This document shows positions 29,331 to 41,612 of a stretch of 64,000 nt of DNA, one piece after another. The notes beneath the pieces are model-generated. The model saw only the letters and a program-made list of their open reading frames with translations. It searched no databases and was not told the origin of the DNA. The translations under genes were made by a program, and so were the position numbers. Positions within the stretch are counted from its first letter, which is position 1. Every line of letters starts with the position of its first letter. The stretch is from the human T2T-CHM13v2.0 reference genome, Homo sapiens. The stretch is taken from the NCBI RefSeq assembly GCF_009914755.1, contig NC_060938.1; one strand, given 5' to 3'.

Positions 29331-30443
29331 ACATTGCTCATTACTTCCTTCATTCTGCAAATCTTTACTAAGGACTAACTATATCCCAGACACTGTGTCA
29401 CACTCTGGACTTAATGGAGAACACCACCAACACGTCCCTGTCTGCAGGGATCTTACAGTCTAGTGTGGGAGCTGCATATTAATCAAATAATTACATAAAC
29501 ACAGAGTTATAATTGTATAAGTGTGCTTGAGTATGCTCTTTGTAGGGGTGAGGGATATTTACTTAAACTGAGGTTCAGCGAAGGCTTTGAGCTACCTCCT
29601 GAAGAACCAGTAGGAGTTGAGTGTAAGAAGTTTCAGTGGAGCAGGTAGAAGGTGGAGATGTGGTGTTCAAGAGCTTTGAAGAATTCTGACCTGAAAGCTG
29701 AAGGGGTTTGATTTATTCACTTGGGATGAACATATTAATGGACAATAAAATTTGTTACTACTCCCTTCATAACTCAGTACAGGTTGAGGTGAATTCTGAT
29801 GTCCTTGGGAGCAGTTTCTATGCACACACAAAAAAAACAGTTAATGGGGGTAGCTGGCTTCGTAAATTAATATTTGGTTTGTTAAAGAAATAAATGTAAA
29901 ACCTAGTTCTTTATTGAGTTTTCTATGTATTTATTATTTTGTTTGGAAATCTAATCGTAACAATTACTTTGAGGAGTATTTTATCATTTAATATTTTAAT
30001 AACTGATTTCCCATATAGTTTAATCAAATAATAAATAATTTAAATGAAAACAAATTTAATGTATTTTATTTTAAAGTACTTGAATGCTTGATGAAACCTT
30101 CCCAATCCTTAGAAAATTTGAAAACATCTATTATATTAAACTTTATAAGTACCAGGAATCCTATGTTTTTAGATTGCCAAACTCTGGAGTGAGATCCTCC
30201 GGGTTGAATGCCTTGGTCTGCTATTTCCTAAATATGCTTTGGGAACATTGCTTAGTTCCTCTGGGCCTCAGTTTCTCCATCTATAAAAAAAGAGTAATAA
30301 TAGGCCCTGACTCACCAGATTCCTGGGTGGTATGAATGAGTTAATACTGTCAACAGATAATTTTCAAAGAAAGGAAAAATTGTAACTTTCATACACCTAT
30401 AAATTGAACACATGTTAAAGATTTTAATGAACTCATTGATGAG

Positions 30444-30802
30444 TGTATATGAATTGCCTAAGATTGCCATAACAAAGTACCACAAACTGAGTGGCTTAAA
30501 ACAACAGAAATTTACTCTCTCACAGTTCTGGAAGCTAAAAGTTGGAAATCAAGGTATTGGCAGGGTCATGCTTCCTCTGAAGGCTCTTGGGACAAATCCT
30601 TTCTGGCTCTTCCTAGGGGCTGGTTGCTGTTGGCAATCCATGGCATTCCCTGCATCACTCCAATTATTGGTTTTAGGCTCACCCTCATTCACTATGGACT
30701 CAACTTAACTCATTACATCTACAAACATTGTATTTCCAAGTAAAGTCACATTTTGTGGTTCCAGGTAGATATGAATTTTGGGGGCATGCTTTAACCCACC
30801 AT
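30444..30802 (-). mobile_element. MLT1-like LTR
   Basis: gccataacaaagtaccacaaactgagtggcttaaaacaacagaaatttactctctcacagttctggaagct. Confidence 0.8.
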
Positions 30803-31562
30803 AATGAAGAACCTGGTAAGATATTACAACTGGCTTAAAGGGTAGCCCACCAACTAGACATATTTATAAATTAGGAATATCAGAGTGACTATGCAGATGG
30901 AGGCCAAACTAGCTTCTTCCCTAGTCGGGGAGGGAAGTTCATAGAAGCTCTTCCATACGGGACAGAATTTACAATCCGTAGACAAAATTGTTTTGCATTG
31001 CTACAATTATCTACAATCTAGAAAGGTGTAAAATAATTCCCATAGAATCAGACTGAGAAACTTGGAAGGGTGTGCTCTAGTCAATTCACAGCTTTTCATT
31101 GAAACACATTTTTCCCCAGTAATACATGCAAAATTATAGAAAAGTTACCACCTCCCAGTGAGCACTATACAAGTAAACTTATTAAAACCTCTAATTTCCT
31201 TTTCAACTTAAATCACAAGTCAAAATAAATTACTCAATTATACATTTTAAATTGGAATAGCAAGACCAATCTATTAGATATCCCAAGTAGGTCAACAACT
31301 TCTGTTAATACAAATACTCAAAATACCAAATATATATTGATTATTCTTAAACTCAACACAAACATATTAATACTATGGGTCTGATTTAGATTCTCATTTC
31401 TATTGTTAACTCTAAATTTTCCCAAGCTAAAAAATGTTTATTAATTTTAAAAATTGATCTTCATCCCCTAATGAACTCCAGGTTCTTTATGGAACCATCC
31501 ACTGGTTTCCAGGTTCCATATAGTTAGGGTTGCCCTATCCAAATGGACCCTCCTCTTACACC

Positions 31563-32066
31563 TGTAAGGCAGAAAATATCTTTTCTTTACCCATCACATG
31601 GTGCATGGCTGAGACCCTACAACAACAACAAAAAACAGATTGACAAGAAAAAAAACATTAAACAACTATTAAATATAAGTTTTACATGACACAGGAGGCT
31701 TCAGTAATAAAGACCCAAAGGAACAGAGAAAACTGTATCTTTTTATGGACAGTCATACAGATTGGAGGACAAAAGGATATGATCGAATGGTAATAAACTG
31801 TGGTCTGTGGGGCAGATCTTAGCAAGTCTTATTTGTTCAAATTCATCTTGATGTCTTTGTGTCTTCATTCCTTTTCTCCTGGTGTAGGGAGAGCCCCTCT
31901 GAAATGAGGGTCTTAAGACCTACTTTAGAGGAAGACCAGAGAATTGTCTGATGACCTGACTCAGGGGAGAAGGGCAGGAAAAAGTCGGAGAGACCTTCTG
32001 CTTCTGTTGTTTTCTCAAATGCCAAGGTGTCACATTTGGGGATAGAATGTCTTGAACCCCATTACA
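31563..32066 (-). mobile_element. ERV1 solo LTR (MER39/MER34-like)
   Basis: Minus strand begins TGTAATGGGGTTCAAGACATTCTATCCCCAAATGTGACACCTTGGCATTTGAG and ends ...CCTTACA; no clear TSD. Confidence 0.65.
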
Positions 32067-32253
32067 TCTGTCATTCAAGTGTAGTTAATAGCATTCCTTT
32101 CACTCTCAAAGGTGTCCCAATTTGGGGGATAAATTGCTAATACTAATAGATCTTCCTATTAGACCATGAAGTCCAGAGGCCCGTGGGACATGCTCAGCCT
32201 TGTGTTTCATTGCCGTAGGTGGGAGTCTATCACTTAAAAGAAGGTTGGTCTCA

Positions 32254-32365
32254 GCCAGGTGGGGTGGCTCACGCCTGTAATCTCAGCACTTTGAGAGGCG
32301 GAGCGGGGGCGGATCACGAGGTCAGGAGATCGAGACCATCCTGGCTAACACGGTGAAACCCAGTG
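32254..32365 (+). mobile_element. AluY left arm only (3' truncated)
   Basis: gagatcgagaccatcctggctaacacggtgaaaccc, then abrupt loss of homology with no right arm or tail. Confidence 0.85.
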
Positions 32366-33002
32366 TTTAAAAGTCCAACCTCAACAATCAGATCAGTTTT
32401 GATGAGGCCAAGACCATTCAGACATGATATCAGAGGCATAGATCCAGAATGTCCAGTTATTTTCATCTGTGTGAACAAATTAGCTATCCTGGGGCCTAAG
32501 TCTATTCTCTTAGATCACCTCTGATGAAGTAGTAAGCATAGAAAACTAATTCGTAATACATAAAACATATTGTTAAATGAATTAGTTTTGTCTGAATTTA
32601 TCAGTCAATTTACTAGAGTAGTAGTTTTTTGTCCAGAGCTGAGAAATTAAGTTGAATTGATCTATTTGATTATTTCAGTGTTTCCTGGTTATACAAAGTG
32701 TGTTTGTTACCCTTCAGACTAAGGTTTATTAGACAAAAGTTCATGGGCCTCCAGGAGTTCATGGTTGTGCTCTTAGGAATCTGTGGTTGTGTGAAAATTT
32801 GTCCCCATCAGTGCATTTCTGAGACTCTATAACTTTCCTTAGATCTTCAAAGGTGTCCTTGACCCCTCACAAGTTAAGAAATTCTGCTTTGGAATAATTT
32901 GGCATTTTGTAAGTGTACTCACTATGACTCAATCTTTTTATTATATTACAAACAACCCTAACAGACATATTTTAACAATAAATGAAAATCGCCTGACCTT
33001 TG

Positions 33003-33536
33003 TGTGGCAAGCTGTCACAGTTAGTTACTACTTGAGACTGTCATTTCAACAGTTACTACTGTTACTACTTGAGACCGTCACTAGGACAGTTACTACTGTT
33101 ACTACTTGAGACCATCATTGTGAGAATGAACAAAGGAATGAACGTAGAAATGAAAAAGTAAGACGAAACTGTTTTAAAGAAAGTGTCCAGGGGAAGAAGA
33201 AGAGAGCTCCCTGCTTCTAGTGAGCAAAGGCAGCCCCTGAGCTTCCACAGCCCTTTGTATTTATTGGGTAGCAAGGGCAGGGAGGAGGAGGTAACGATTG
33301 GTCGGCTGCTTAATTGATCATGGGTTCATATTGTTACTAACAGGCTTCAGATGTACCTAATTACAAGCAACACTGCGCTTGGGGTGTGACTGCCCTCAGC
33401 ATTCCTTCTGGGTGGAGGACGCACTTTTGTCAGTTTGCCAACATTCTGCATTTATGAGAACAGTTTGCTGTTTACTCATAGAGCCTCCAGTGGTATAGTG
33501 AGTTGATCACGACCCTCACTCTTTCAGCCTGCAACA
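33003..33536 (-). mobile_element. ERVK-class solo LTR (LTR3/HML-6-like)
   Basis: TG...CA ends (minus: TGTTGCAGGCTGAAAGAGTGAGGGTCGTGATC...GCCACA); perfect 6-bp TSD cctttg (32997-33002 / 33537-33542); internal ~37-bp tandem repeats. Confidence 0.7.
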
Positions 33537-34885
33537 CCTTTGAATGTCATGGTTTTCCTTCTGAACATGTTATTGTGGTGATTACTTTCTTCATGGCTCA
33601 CACTTAGCCTGTCCCTTGATAGGCTCTTCACACAGAAGTTCACTGAATGTTGCCACTTTTTCAAGTCAATAGTTGACAGATTTTTTCAAGTTTCTAATGC
33701 CTCCTACATGATGGTAAATTCTTCATACTGACTCTGTTTCCATTTTTACTGAAGCTGGTCAACATACTTAATTACTCTCTTTCATTACATTAATTAAAAA
33801 ATAGCATTTGAAAATTTTAAGAATGAGCAAAATGGTCCCATTTGTTCAAAATTATAGATTGAGTTTTAAAGTGTTCCATTTAGATATCAGACCCTACTTA
33901 CTTGGCTTCATTTCTGTATGAACCTTTAAGAACATTTAGGGTATTCCAGAAATTTTCAAAATAATTTTTTAATTACAAAGTTGGCACTTGTGATTTTTAA
34001 GACATCTTATAAATATTGTTCTCTTATATGTGGTGACAGGTATATGTGCTCTGGATTTTTATAGCACAGTCCCACTGAAAAGACTGCCATCAGAATGTTC
34101 CAGAAATTCAAATATTTCATCATCCTTTTAATCTAAACTTCCCACATCACTTGCACACCTGGAAAGAGCTTCCTTATGTCCAAATTTTTCTTTCAGAAAA
34201 CATGATCTCTGTATTTATATGACACATGAAGCTTTTGGCTTATATTTTGTAGGCATTAACTTAATCTTACCCATGCCTGTGTGTTCTCATAATTATGCAA
34301 CTCCAGCGAGGAGACTGAAATTGTTTCCTCTTATTGCCAGGTACTGTCACTTTATATTTTGTTATTTCAATCTTTTTTTAAGCCAAGAAACTAGAAGGCT
34401 ACTTTTAGGAAAGGGCTCTGTGCATGAAAATAAAGAGGATCTAAGGACGGGCATAAATGAGATACTCTTCCATGAGAAAGTCTTTAGTGGGCTTTGAGAT
34501 GGCAGTATTTCCATCTCAACACCCTTGGCAGTTATTTCTGGGTTTGTGGACATGATCCAAAGATTTGAGATGACCAGAAATACTACCTCTAGATAGGTGG
34601 CATTTTATTGTAAAATGTTCTTCCTTCTTTCCTTTTTTATATTTTAAATAAATATGTATTGATCACCTATCATACACTAGTACTATTCTAGGCATTGATA
34701 TATAATAAACGACCTCATTGATTTTACATCATAACAGGAGAAAATAGCAAAAAAAAAAATAAAAATTTAAAAATTTAAAAAAGTAAAACAGAGAATGTCA
34801 GATGGTGAAAAGTATAATGGAGAAATATAAATGAAGGAAGAGGGAGAAGGAATACTGGAAGTTGCATTTTAAATAGTCAGCAAGG

Positions 34886-35243
34886 TGTCTTAGTTTGGGA
34901 TCCTCTAACAGAATACCACAGACTGAGTGGCTTACACAATAACCATTTACTTCTCACAGTTCTGGAGACTGGAAGTCCAAGATGAGGGTGCCGGCAGATC
35001 TGTTGTCTTGTGAGGGCTGCTTCCTGGTTTGCACTTGACCACCTTCTCATTGTATCTTCACATAGCAAAAAGCCAAGCTCACCTCTCTTGTGTTTTTTAT
35101 TATAAGGGCACTAATTTTGTCATAAGGGTTCCACACTCATAAACGAATTTCCTCCCAAAAGCCCCATCTTCTAATACTATCACATCAGAGATTAGGATTT
35201 CAGCATATGAATTTGGGGGACACACAAACATTCAGTCCATAAC
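34886..35243 (-). mobile_element. MLT1A-like LTR nested in L2
   Basis: aataccacagactgagtggctt...cacagttctggagactggaagtccaagat...gggggacacacaaacattcagtccataaca. Confidence 0.8.
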
Positions 35244-35449
35244 AGAAGCCCTCACTGAGAAAATGACATTTGAATAAGGACCTGAAGAAGCTAAAAAAGG
35301 AATCCAGGCTAATATCTGGAGGAGAAAAAAAAATTATATATATATATGTATGTGTATATATATATATATATATGCTTATTTTTGGAATGAGATAAGAAGC
35401 TATTAAGGATTTTGAGCCACACACACACACAAGCAAGACCTGACTTACA

Positions 35450-35750
35450 TTTTTTTTTTTTTTTTTTTTGAGACAGAGTCTCACTCTGTTGCCCAGGCTA
35501 CAGTGCAGTGGTGTGATCTCGACTCTCTGCAACCTGCACCTCCGGATTCAAGCAGTTCTCCTGCCTCAGCCTCCCTAGAAGCTGGGATTACAAGCATGTG
35601 CCACCATACCTGGATTATTTTTGTATTTTTAGTATAGATGGGTTTTCACCATGTTGGTCAGGCTGATCTCGAACTCCTGACCTCAGGGGATCTGGCCGCC
35701 TCGGCCTCCCAAAATGCTGGGATTACAAGTGTAAGCCACCCCGCCCGGCC
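35450..35750 (-). mobile_element. AluSx-like
   Basis: Reverse Alu; TSD gacctgacttacattt. Confidence 0.92.
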
Positions 35751-35944
35751 CTGACCTGACTTACATTTTAGTAGGATCACCCTAGCTACTATGTTTCTTA
35801 ATCGGGTGAGAGATGATACTGGCTTGAACCAGCTTAATTGCAGGGAATGTGGTAAGAAATTTCCTGGGCTTATTTTGGAGGTGAATCCAACAGGATTTTC
35901 TAGCGGACTATGTGGACTTTGAGTAAAAGAGAGGAGTCAGTGAT

Positions 35945-38900
35945 ATCTTAGTCTGAATTCTCCAGAAAGCAGAGCCCATGTGAGAATTCTTGTTGGGGAG
36001 TATGATCCCAGGAGCAGAAGGTAGGATGGGGAAGTGAAGCAGGGAGAGAGGGAGAGTTTGCTGCTGCTAGAAACAAATGGTTGCTGAAACCCCTGAGACC
36101 ACCTGAGAATTCAGATGACTTGCATCTCAGGACCCTTGCTTTAGGAAGGAGGAAAGGTAAAACATCTATCCATCAGTTCTTGGCTCCCATGAGTCAGGGA
36201 TTTAATTCTACTGACCTTCCAGGTTTCCTGTGCCTGGGTGATGAAAGAATTTCCTGATATTAACAAAAAAGTCCCCAGGTGGGAGATGAGAGGTGTGTGG
36301 TACAGGGCTGAGATGCAGTACTGTCGAGTTGTACCTGCCTGAAGCTAGTCAGAGCTCATACAGAACTGGTAGCTGCAGCAGGGCTAGCATAAGAGGCAAG
36401 CTGAGAGAATCTAAAATGATGTAAAACAGGTACCCAGGGTTGGTTAGCCTTTGCACAACTCAGACCTGCCCAAGCTTTTCATTATGTCTAGCTCCCATAA
36501 TAAAATATAGGGCCTCCGATTTTGTAAGAATGAGATGTCCTTACTTTTTTTTTTTTTATTCTTACAAGAAAGGGGAATACAAGCCCCATCTTCCACAGAT
36601 TCCTTCAAGATGCAGTCCTTGCAAAGACATAATGCAAGAGGGTTTGGGAAATAAACTAGTCTGCCCTGCTGCAGCTGATCTTAAGGATGCCATTGATAGT
36701 CCTTATCTCTGTTTGACTCCAATCCTAGATTTGTCTCACCCTTGCCCAGCACTCTGACTGGTTGAGTTGATTGCCTGATGGAAAGACCCAGACTTCAGCT
36801 CCAAGGGTTCTGAAAGCTTAGTTGCCTTGTTCTTGTCATATATAGCTGCTGTATTTTCTCCTTCACCATTATCTGTGGGCTCAAAAGAACCAAGAGATGC
36901 CCCAGTGAATTCCCTGCATTCTAGACACACTCCTTACTCTTCCTAATGTGTAGCAGCTGCCCTAGCTTCTCATGGTAAAGAGGGCCTAATATTTCTCAAT
37001 AGAGAAACTCCTTTATTTACCTATTTGTCCTCTAGCATGAGAAGCTCAAATGACCAGGTGGTCATTATAGTATCAACCTCCCTGTATTGGAGGAGGAAGA
37101 AGTAATCTTTCTCCTCAGGAACTAGTACCATTAATTGGGCAGGAATACAGACAGGAAGCTCAAAATTTGAATGTTAGGTTACTAGGGTGATGGTGAGATG
37201 AGCCAATTCTATCATTGCCCCCGGGTTTTCAGACATGTGTATCCTAGCTACATAGAACACAATAGCATATGTTGGCTATTGATTCAGCTCATATCCTTTC
37301 TTAGGTCAGATCCCCAATCCTGCAGGGCTTTGTCCCCAAGATGGCACCTTAGCTGAGTCTTTAATTCATTCCACCATTCTCGTAGGCAGTCTGGTTCTTC
37401 ATGACAGGGCACATAGTGAAACTAGTGGATATAGTGTTCATATGCCCTTTGTTGCACCTTCTCTGCCATGAAATGCATCCCTTGGTTGAGGCAATGCTGT
37501 ACACGTTTTCATACTGGTAGATCAGGTATTTTATAAACCCTTAAATGGTGGTGCCGGTGGAGGCATTGAAGTCAGAGAAGGCCAAATCCAAAGTAATCAT
37601 GAGGTTTTAAATGAATTACTATTTCTTACAGGGTGGAAATGGTCCAGTATAATCAAACTGCCACCAAATGACTGGCTGTTCTCTTTAAAGAAATGTGCCT
37701 TACCAAGGGTGCAGCAATGGGCTATACTGCTGAAAGGTTGGTCATTTACAGGAGAAGTATCTTGATTAGACTTGATGAAAAGGAGCCCAAGCCATTGGGT
37801 CCATGCTTGGCTTCCATTCCTGTCACCATGACCACTTCATTCATGTTCATTTCTCCAAAACTGGATGGCATTTATAAAATGAGTCATCTAGTCTACCTGG
37901 GTGTTGAGATTCACCGCAAACCAGAGTAATCAGTGGATACTCTCTGATGAGCATTAACGTGAGACACAAAGGTCCACAGAATTTGTTCCCACCCCCATAG
38001 ATATAGCCATATTTGTTTCCTAGACTTTCTTGTTCTCTGTTTTCCAATAGTATTCTTTCTAGGCCAGTGGTCAACCAGGTAAATTACTTGCTACTTCTTG
38101 GTATTCCATGTATACCCTTGCCACGGTTCTTTCTCCCTTCATACAAAAAGAATGATTGCTATAATGCTCACAGATGAACTGACTGTGAAGATTTCCCTTC
38201 ACCACTATCCTTTAGGGCCACCCTTGAGTGGGGCTGTAATGCAGCAGTAGTTCATTTTTTTTGGCTGGCATTAGCTTGTGCCAATCTGTAAAGCAGACAC
38301 CAACCTATGAACTCAATCAAGTGGTCATATGGAGCTCTCCATGAAGCCAATTTCAGTGAGAGTGCAGCAGAAATAAGTGAAGTGGGAGTCTAGGCCACCT
38401 ATTCATGAATTTACCTTCCCTTTCTAGACTTTCTTGATCCAGAATGTAAAATTTCTATCATAAAATCAATTGCTGCTGTGCTCACCTTATTTTATGTAGT
38501 AGAACTGGCAATACCCAATTCACAATGGGCAGCTGTAGTCACAGAGTCACTTAGTGTCCCATTGAAGAGATCTCAGTCTCTACTAGGGCAGAATAGCATG
38601 TCAGGAATTATTTTCCTCATAAAGGGTATTTCTGTCCTTCAGAAGGCAGATCCTTGCTCCAAAACTTTAAGAGCCTGAGCTTTCATTCTCTTCTTGGGAC
38701 CTGCTGGCGAGTCCACAGAATATCCTTGTCCAGGATGGATATCTGTAGTGTTGTAAGACCTGCTGGGCTGGGCTGTATGGCCCACATGGCAGGGAAGCTG
38801 GCATTTCAGCCTGAATCTGTTATAGACTCTTGTAGGTCCTACCTGAAACTGGCAGCCTTCTGAGTTATCTGATAAATGGGAAAATGGGTTACACTGCTGC

Positions 38901-38990
38901 CAAAAGCCAAGACGCCCAGCAAGTGCTGTACTTCTTTGTAAAAGGTAGAAAGGGCAAGATACAACTGTATGTCCTATACCTTAGAAGGGA
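35945..38990 (-). mobile_element. Old ERVL/MaLR LTR plus internal sequence (decayed)
   Basis: LTR-like start followed by degenerate sequence resembling antisense ERVL pol/int; no intact ORF; family uncertain. Confidence 0.5.
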
Positions 38991-38997
38991 TTTTTTT

Positions 38998-39289
38998 GTG
39001 AGACAGGGTCTCACTCTGTCACCCAGACTGCAGTGCAGCAGTAGTTCATTTTTTGGCTGGCATTAGCTTGGCTTATGGCAACCTCTGCCTCCAAGGCCCA
39101 AGCAATTACCCTGCCTCAGCCTCCCAAGTAGCTGGGATTACAGGCACATGCCACTACTGCCCGGCTAATTTTTGTATTTTTAGTAGAGACGGGTGGCCAG
39201 GTTGGTCTTGAACTCCTGACCTCAAATGACCCACCCACCTCGGCCTCCCAAAGTGCTGGGATTACAAGCGTGAGCCACCATACCTGGCC
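38998..39289 (-). mobile_element. AluJ-like with a foreign 37-bp internal segment
   Basis: Reverse Alu; TSD agaagggatttttt. Confidence 0.88.
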
Positions 39290-40764
39290 AGAAGGGATTT
39301 TTTAGAATGCCGCAGACTAAGCATGTTGCTAATGGAAGAGGTCCCTGAATCTTTGTGGGATTTATCTGCTGCCCCCAACCTTCAGATTTCTTACTAGACT
39401 AGCTAGGCTTCTTTCTACTTTTTGCCCACCAACTCTAATTAGCATATCATCAGGTAGCAGACCAGTATGATGATGTGCGTGATGTCCAGATTATCCGTCC
39501 CCACAAACTCTTATGAAATGGAACCCCTTGGGCAAAGCAGTGAATTGGTATTGCTATTGTTCCTAGATAAAGGTTTACTACTTTTGATTCTCTCTATTGA
39601 TAGGAATCAAGAAGAGAACACATTCACCAGATTGATAATCACATATAAAGTGCTACAGGCTGTGCTGATGTGTTCCAGTGAAGACATATCTGGCACAGCA
39701 GCTATGATAGAACCTACCTATTGGTTAAGTTTGTTAAAGTGCATTGTCATTCACCTTAATCTATTTGTTTGGGGTTTTTGTTGGTTTTGTTTCTTACAGG
39801 GGGCAGATAGGTGAATTGAAAGGATATGAAGCACCACCATTCTGCATCCTTTAAGTCTTTCAAGTTGACACTAATATCTGCAATTTATCCTGGGACATAC
39901 TCCTGTCAGTATAAGCTCAAACCTTGTATCCAATGATCTTCAAGAAGCCTTGGATTTCTGTTTACCAGTTGACAGTTACTTTGGCAACTGGCCACAGGTC
40001 CCTTTTAGGAATGATTGGGGGACAGTCACCAATAATACTTGTAGTGGTATACACTTTCCCTACACTTCCCTAGGGGGATCCAGCAACACTTTTAATCAAT
40101 GAATTCCTGGTTCCTGAGACATTAAAGTTTTAAAATATGTGCCTCTTAAGATGATGAAATATAGTAACTTGATGTGGTTACTATACACAGTACTAGAGGG
40201 AAGAATTTTCCATAACACAAATGTTTAGATTTAAATTCATGCCTTGAAGCCAGATAAATGAAGTATAAGCTATAATTACAAAACACCTAGTTCTTCAGTG
40301 TTTGGATTTATGAAAATTGCCATGATTGTTATCTATTGTGAGTTATTAATCCAAGTTACTTTTATTACATTTTAACAGTTTTAGCTATAACATAAATTCC
40401 ATGGGTTTTCGTTTTTGTTTTTTGTACTACCTTAAAAAAACCTATCATTGTTCTGTGGGGTTTTTTTTGCTCAGTTATGTGTTTGTATCAGCTTTATGCC
40501 CAGACCCATACTATATGTCTTCACATATAATATCTCAGTGTTCACAGTGGTCTTCCTTGGGAGGTGTTTGACTCTCATTTAGATGCAAAACTGAGACCCA
40601 GAAATGTCATCTTTTTTGACTTTTATGTCACAGCTGGTAAGTGAAAGAGTCAGAATTCAAATTCATGTCTCCCAACTCTAAACCCAAAGCTCCTTCTACT
40701 ATTCCATAGCTATCTTCCTAAATCTGGTCTATTTTCTCTCCCTCTCCCTCCCCTCCTCCTCTCT

Positions 40765-41093
40765 CAGTTGATGTGAAATTCACACAATATAAAATTAACC
40801 ATTTTCAAGTATAACTACCATTCAGTGGCATTTAGTACATTCACAATAGTGTACAGCCAGCACCTGTATCTAGTTCCAAAATATTTTCATCATCTCAAAG
40901 GGGAGCTCGTGCCGATTAAGCAGTCATTCCCCATTCCCCACTCCTCCCAGCCCCTGGAAACCAGGAATCTGCTCTCCGTCCACATGGGTCTACCTATTCT
41001 GGATATTTTGTGTAAATGGAATGCTACCTTATGTGACCTTTGTATCTGACTGCTTTCACTTAGCATAATGCTTTCAAGTTTCATCTAAATTGT
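40765..41093 (-). mobile_element. L1M (MB-like) 3' end
   Basis: Minus ORF MKLESIMLSESSQIQR and a typical L1M 3'-UTR sequence. Confidence 0.75.
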
Positions 41094-41289
41094 AGGGTGA
41101 CAAAGAGTATGGGCAATCAGACAAGTGACCCAAAGGGAAAACAGATGTAAACAGGCCTGGCTAAAGCTTGCAGCAATTTTTGGACAGGTTCATTTCTAAC
41201 ACATCAATGTAGATAGCAGCCCCATTCCATGCTGTAATACCTTATACCTTAGATACAAAAATCTGAACATCAAAAAAATCTGCTTACTT

Positions 41290-41568
41290 GGCCGGGCGCG
41301 GTGGCTCACGCCTGTAATCCCAGCACTTTGGGAGGCCGAGGAGGGCGGATCACGAGGTCAGGAGATCGAGACCATCCTGGCTAACACAGTGAAACCCCGT
41401 CTCTACTAAAAATACAAAAAATTAGCCGGGCTAGGTGGCGGGTGCCTATAGTCCCAGCTACTCGGGAGGCTGAGGCAGGAGAATGGCGTGAACCCCGGGG
41501 GGCGGAGCCTGCAGTGAGCCGAGATCGCGCCACTGCACTCACGCCCGGGTGACAGCGAGACGCTGTCT

Positions 41569-41608
<40 letters not shown>
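41290..41608 (+). mobile_element. Young AluY (Ye5-like) with A39 tail
   Basis: Diagnostics gaaccccggggggcggagcctgcag and gacagcgagac; CpG-rich; uninterrupted A-run 41570-41608. Confidence 0.9.

Positions 41609-41612
<4 letters not shown>

Noticed and set aside
33015-33120. Repeated gttactact...cttgagac units as a repeat-spacer system
   Set aside because: They lie inside a TSD-bounded LTR and are simple tandem repeats of it.
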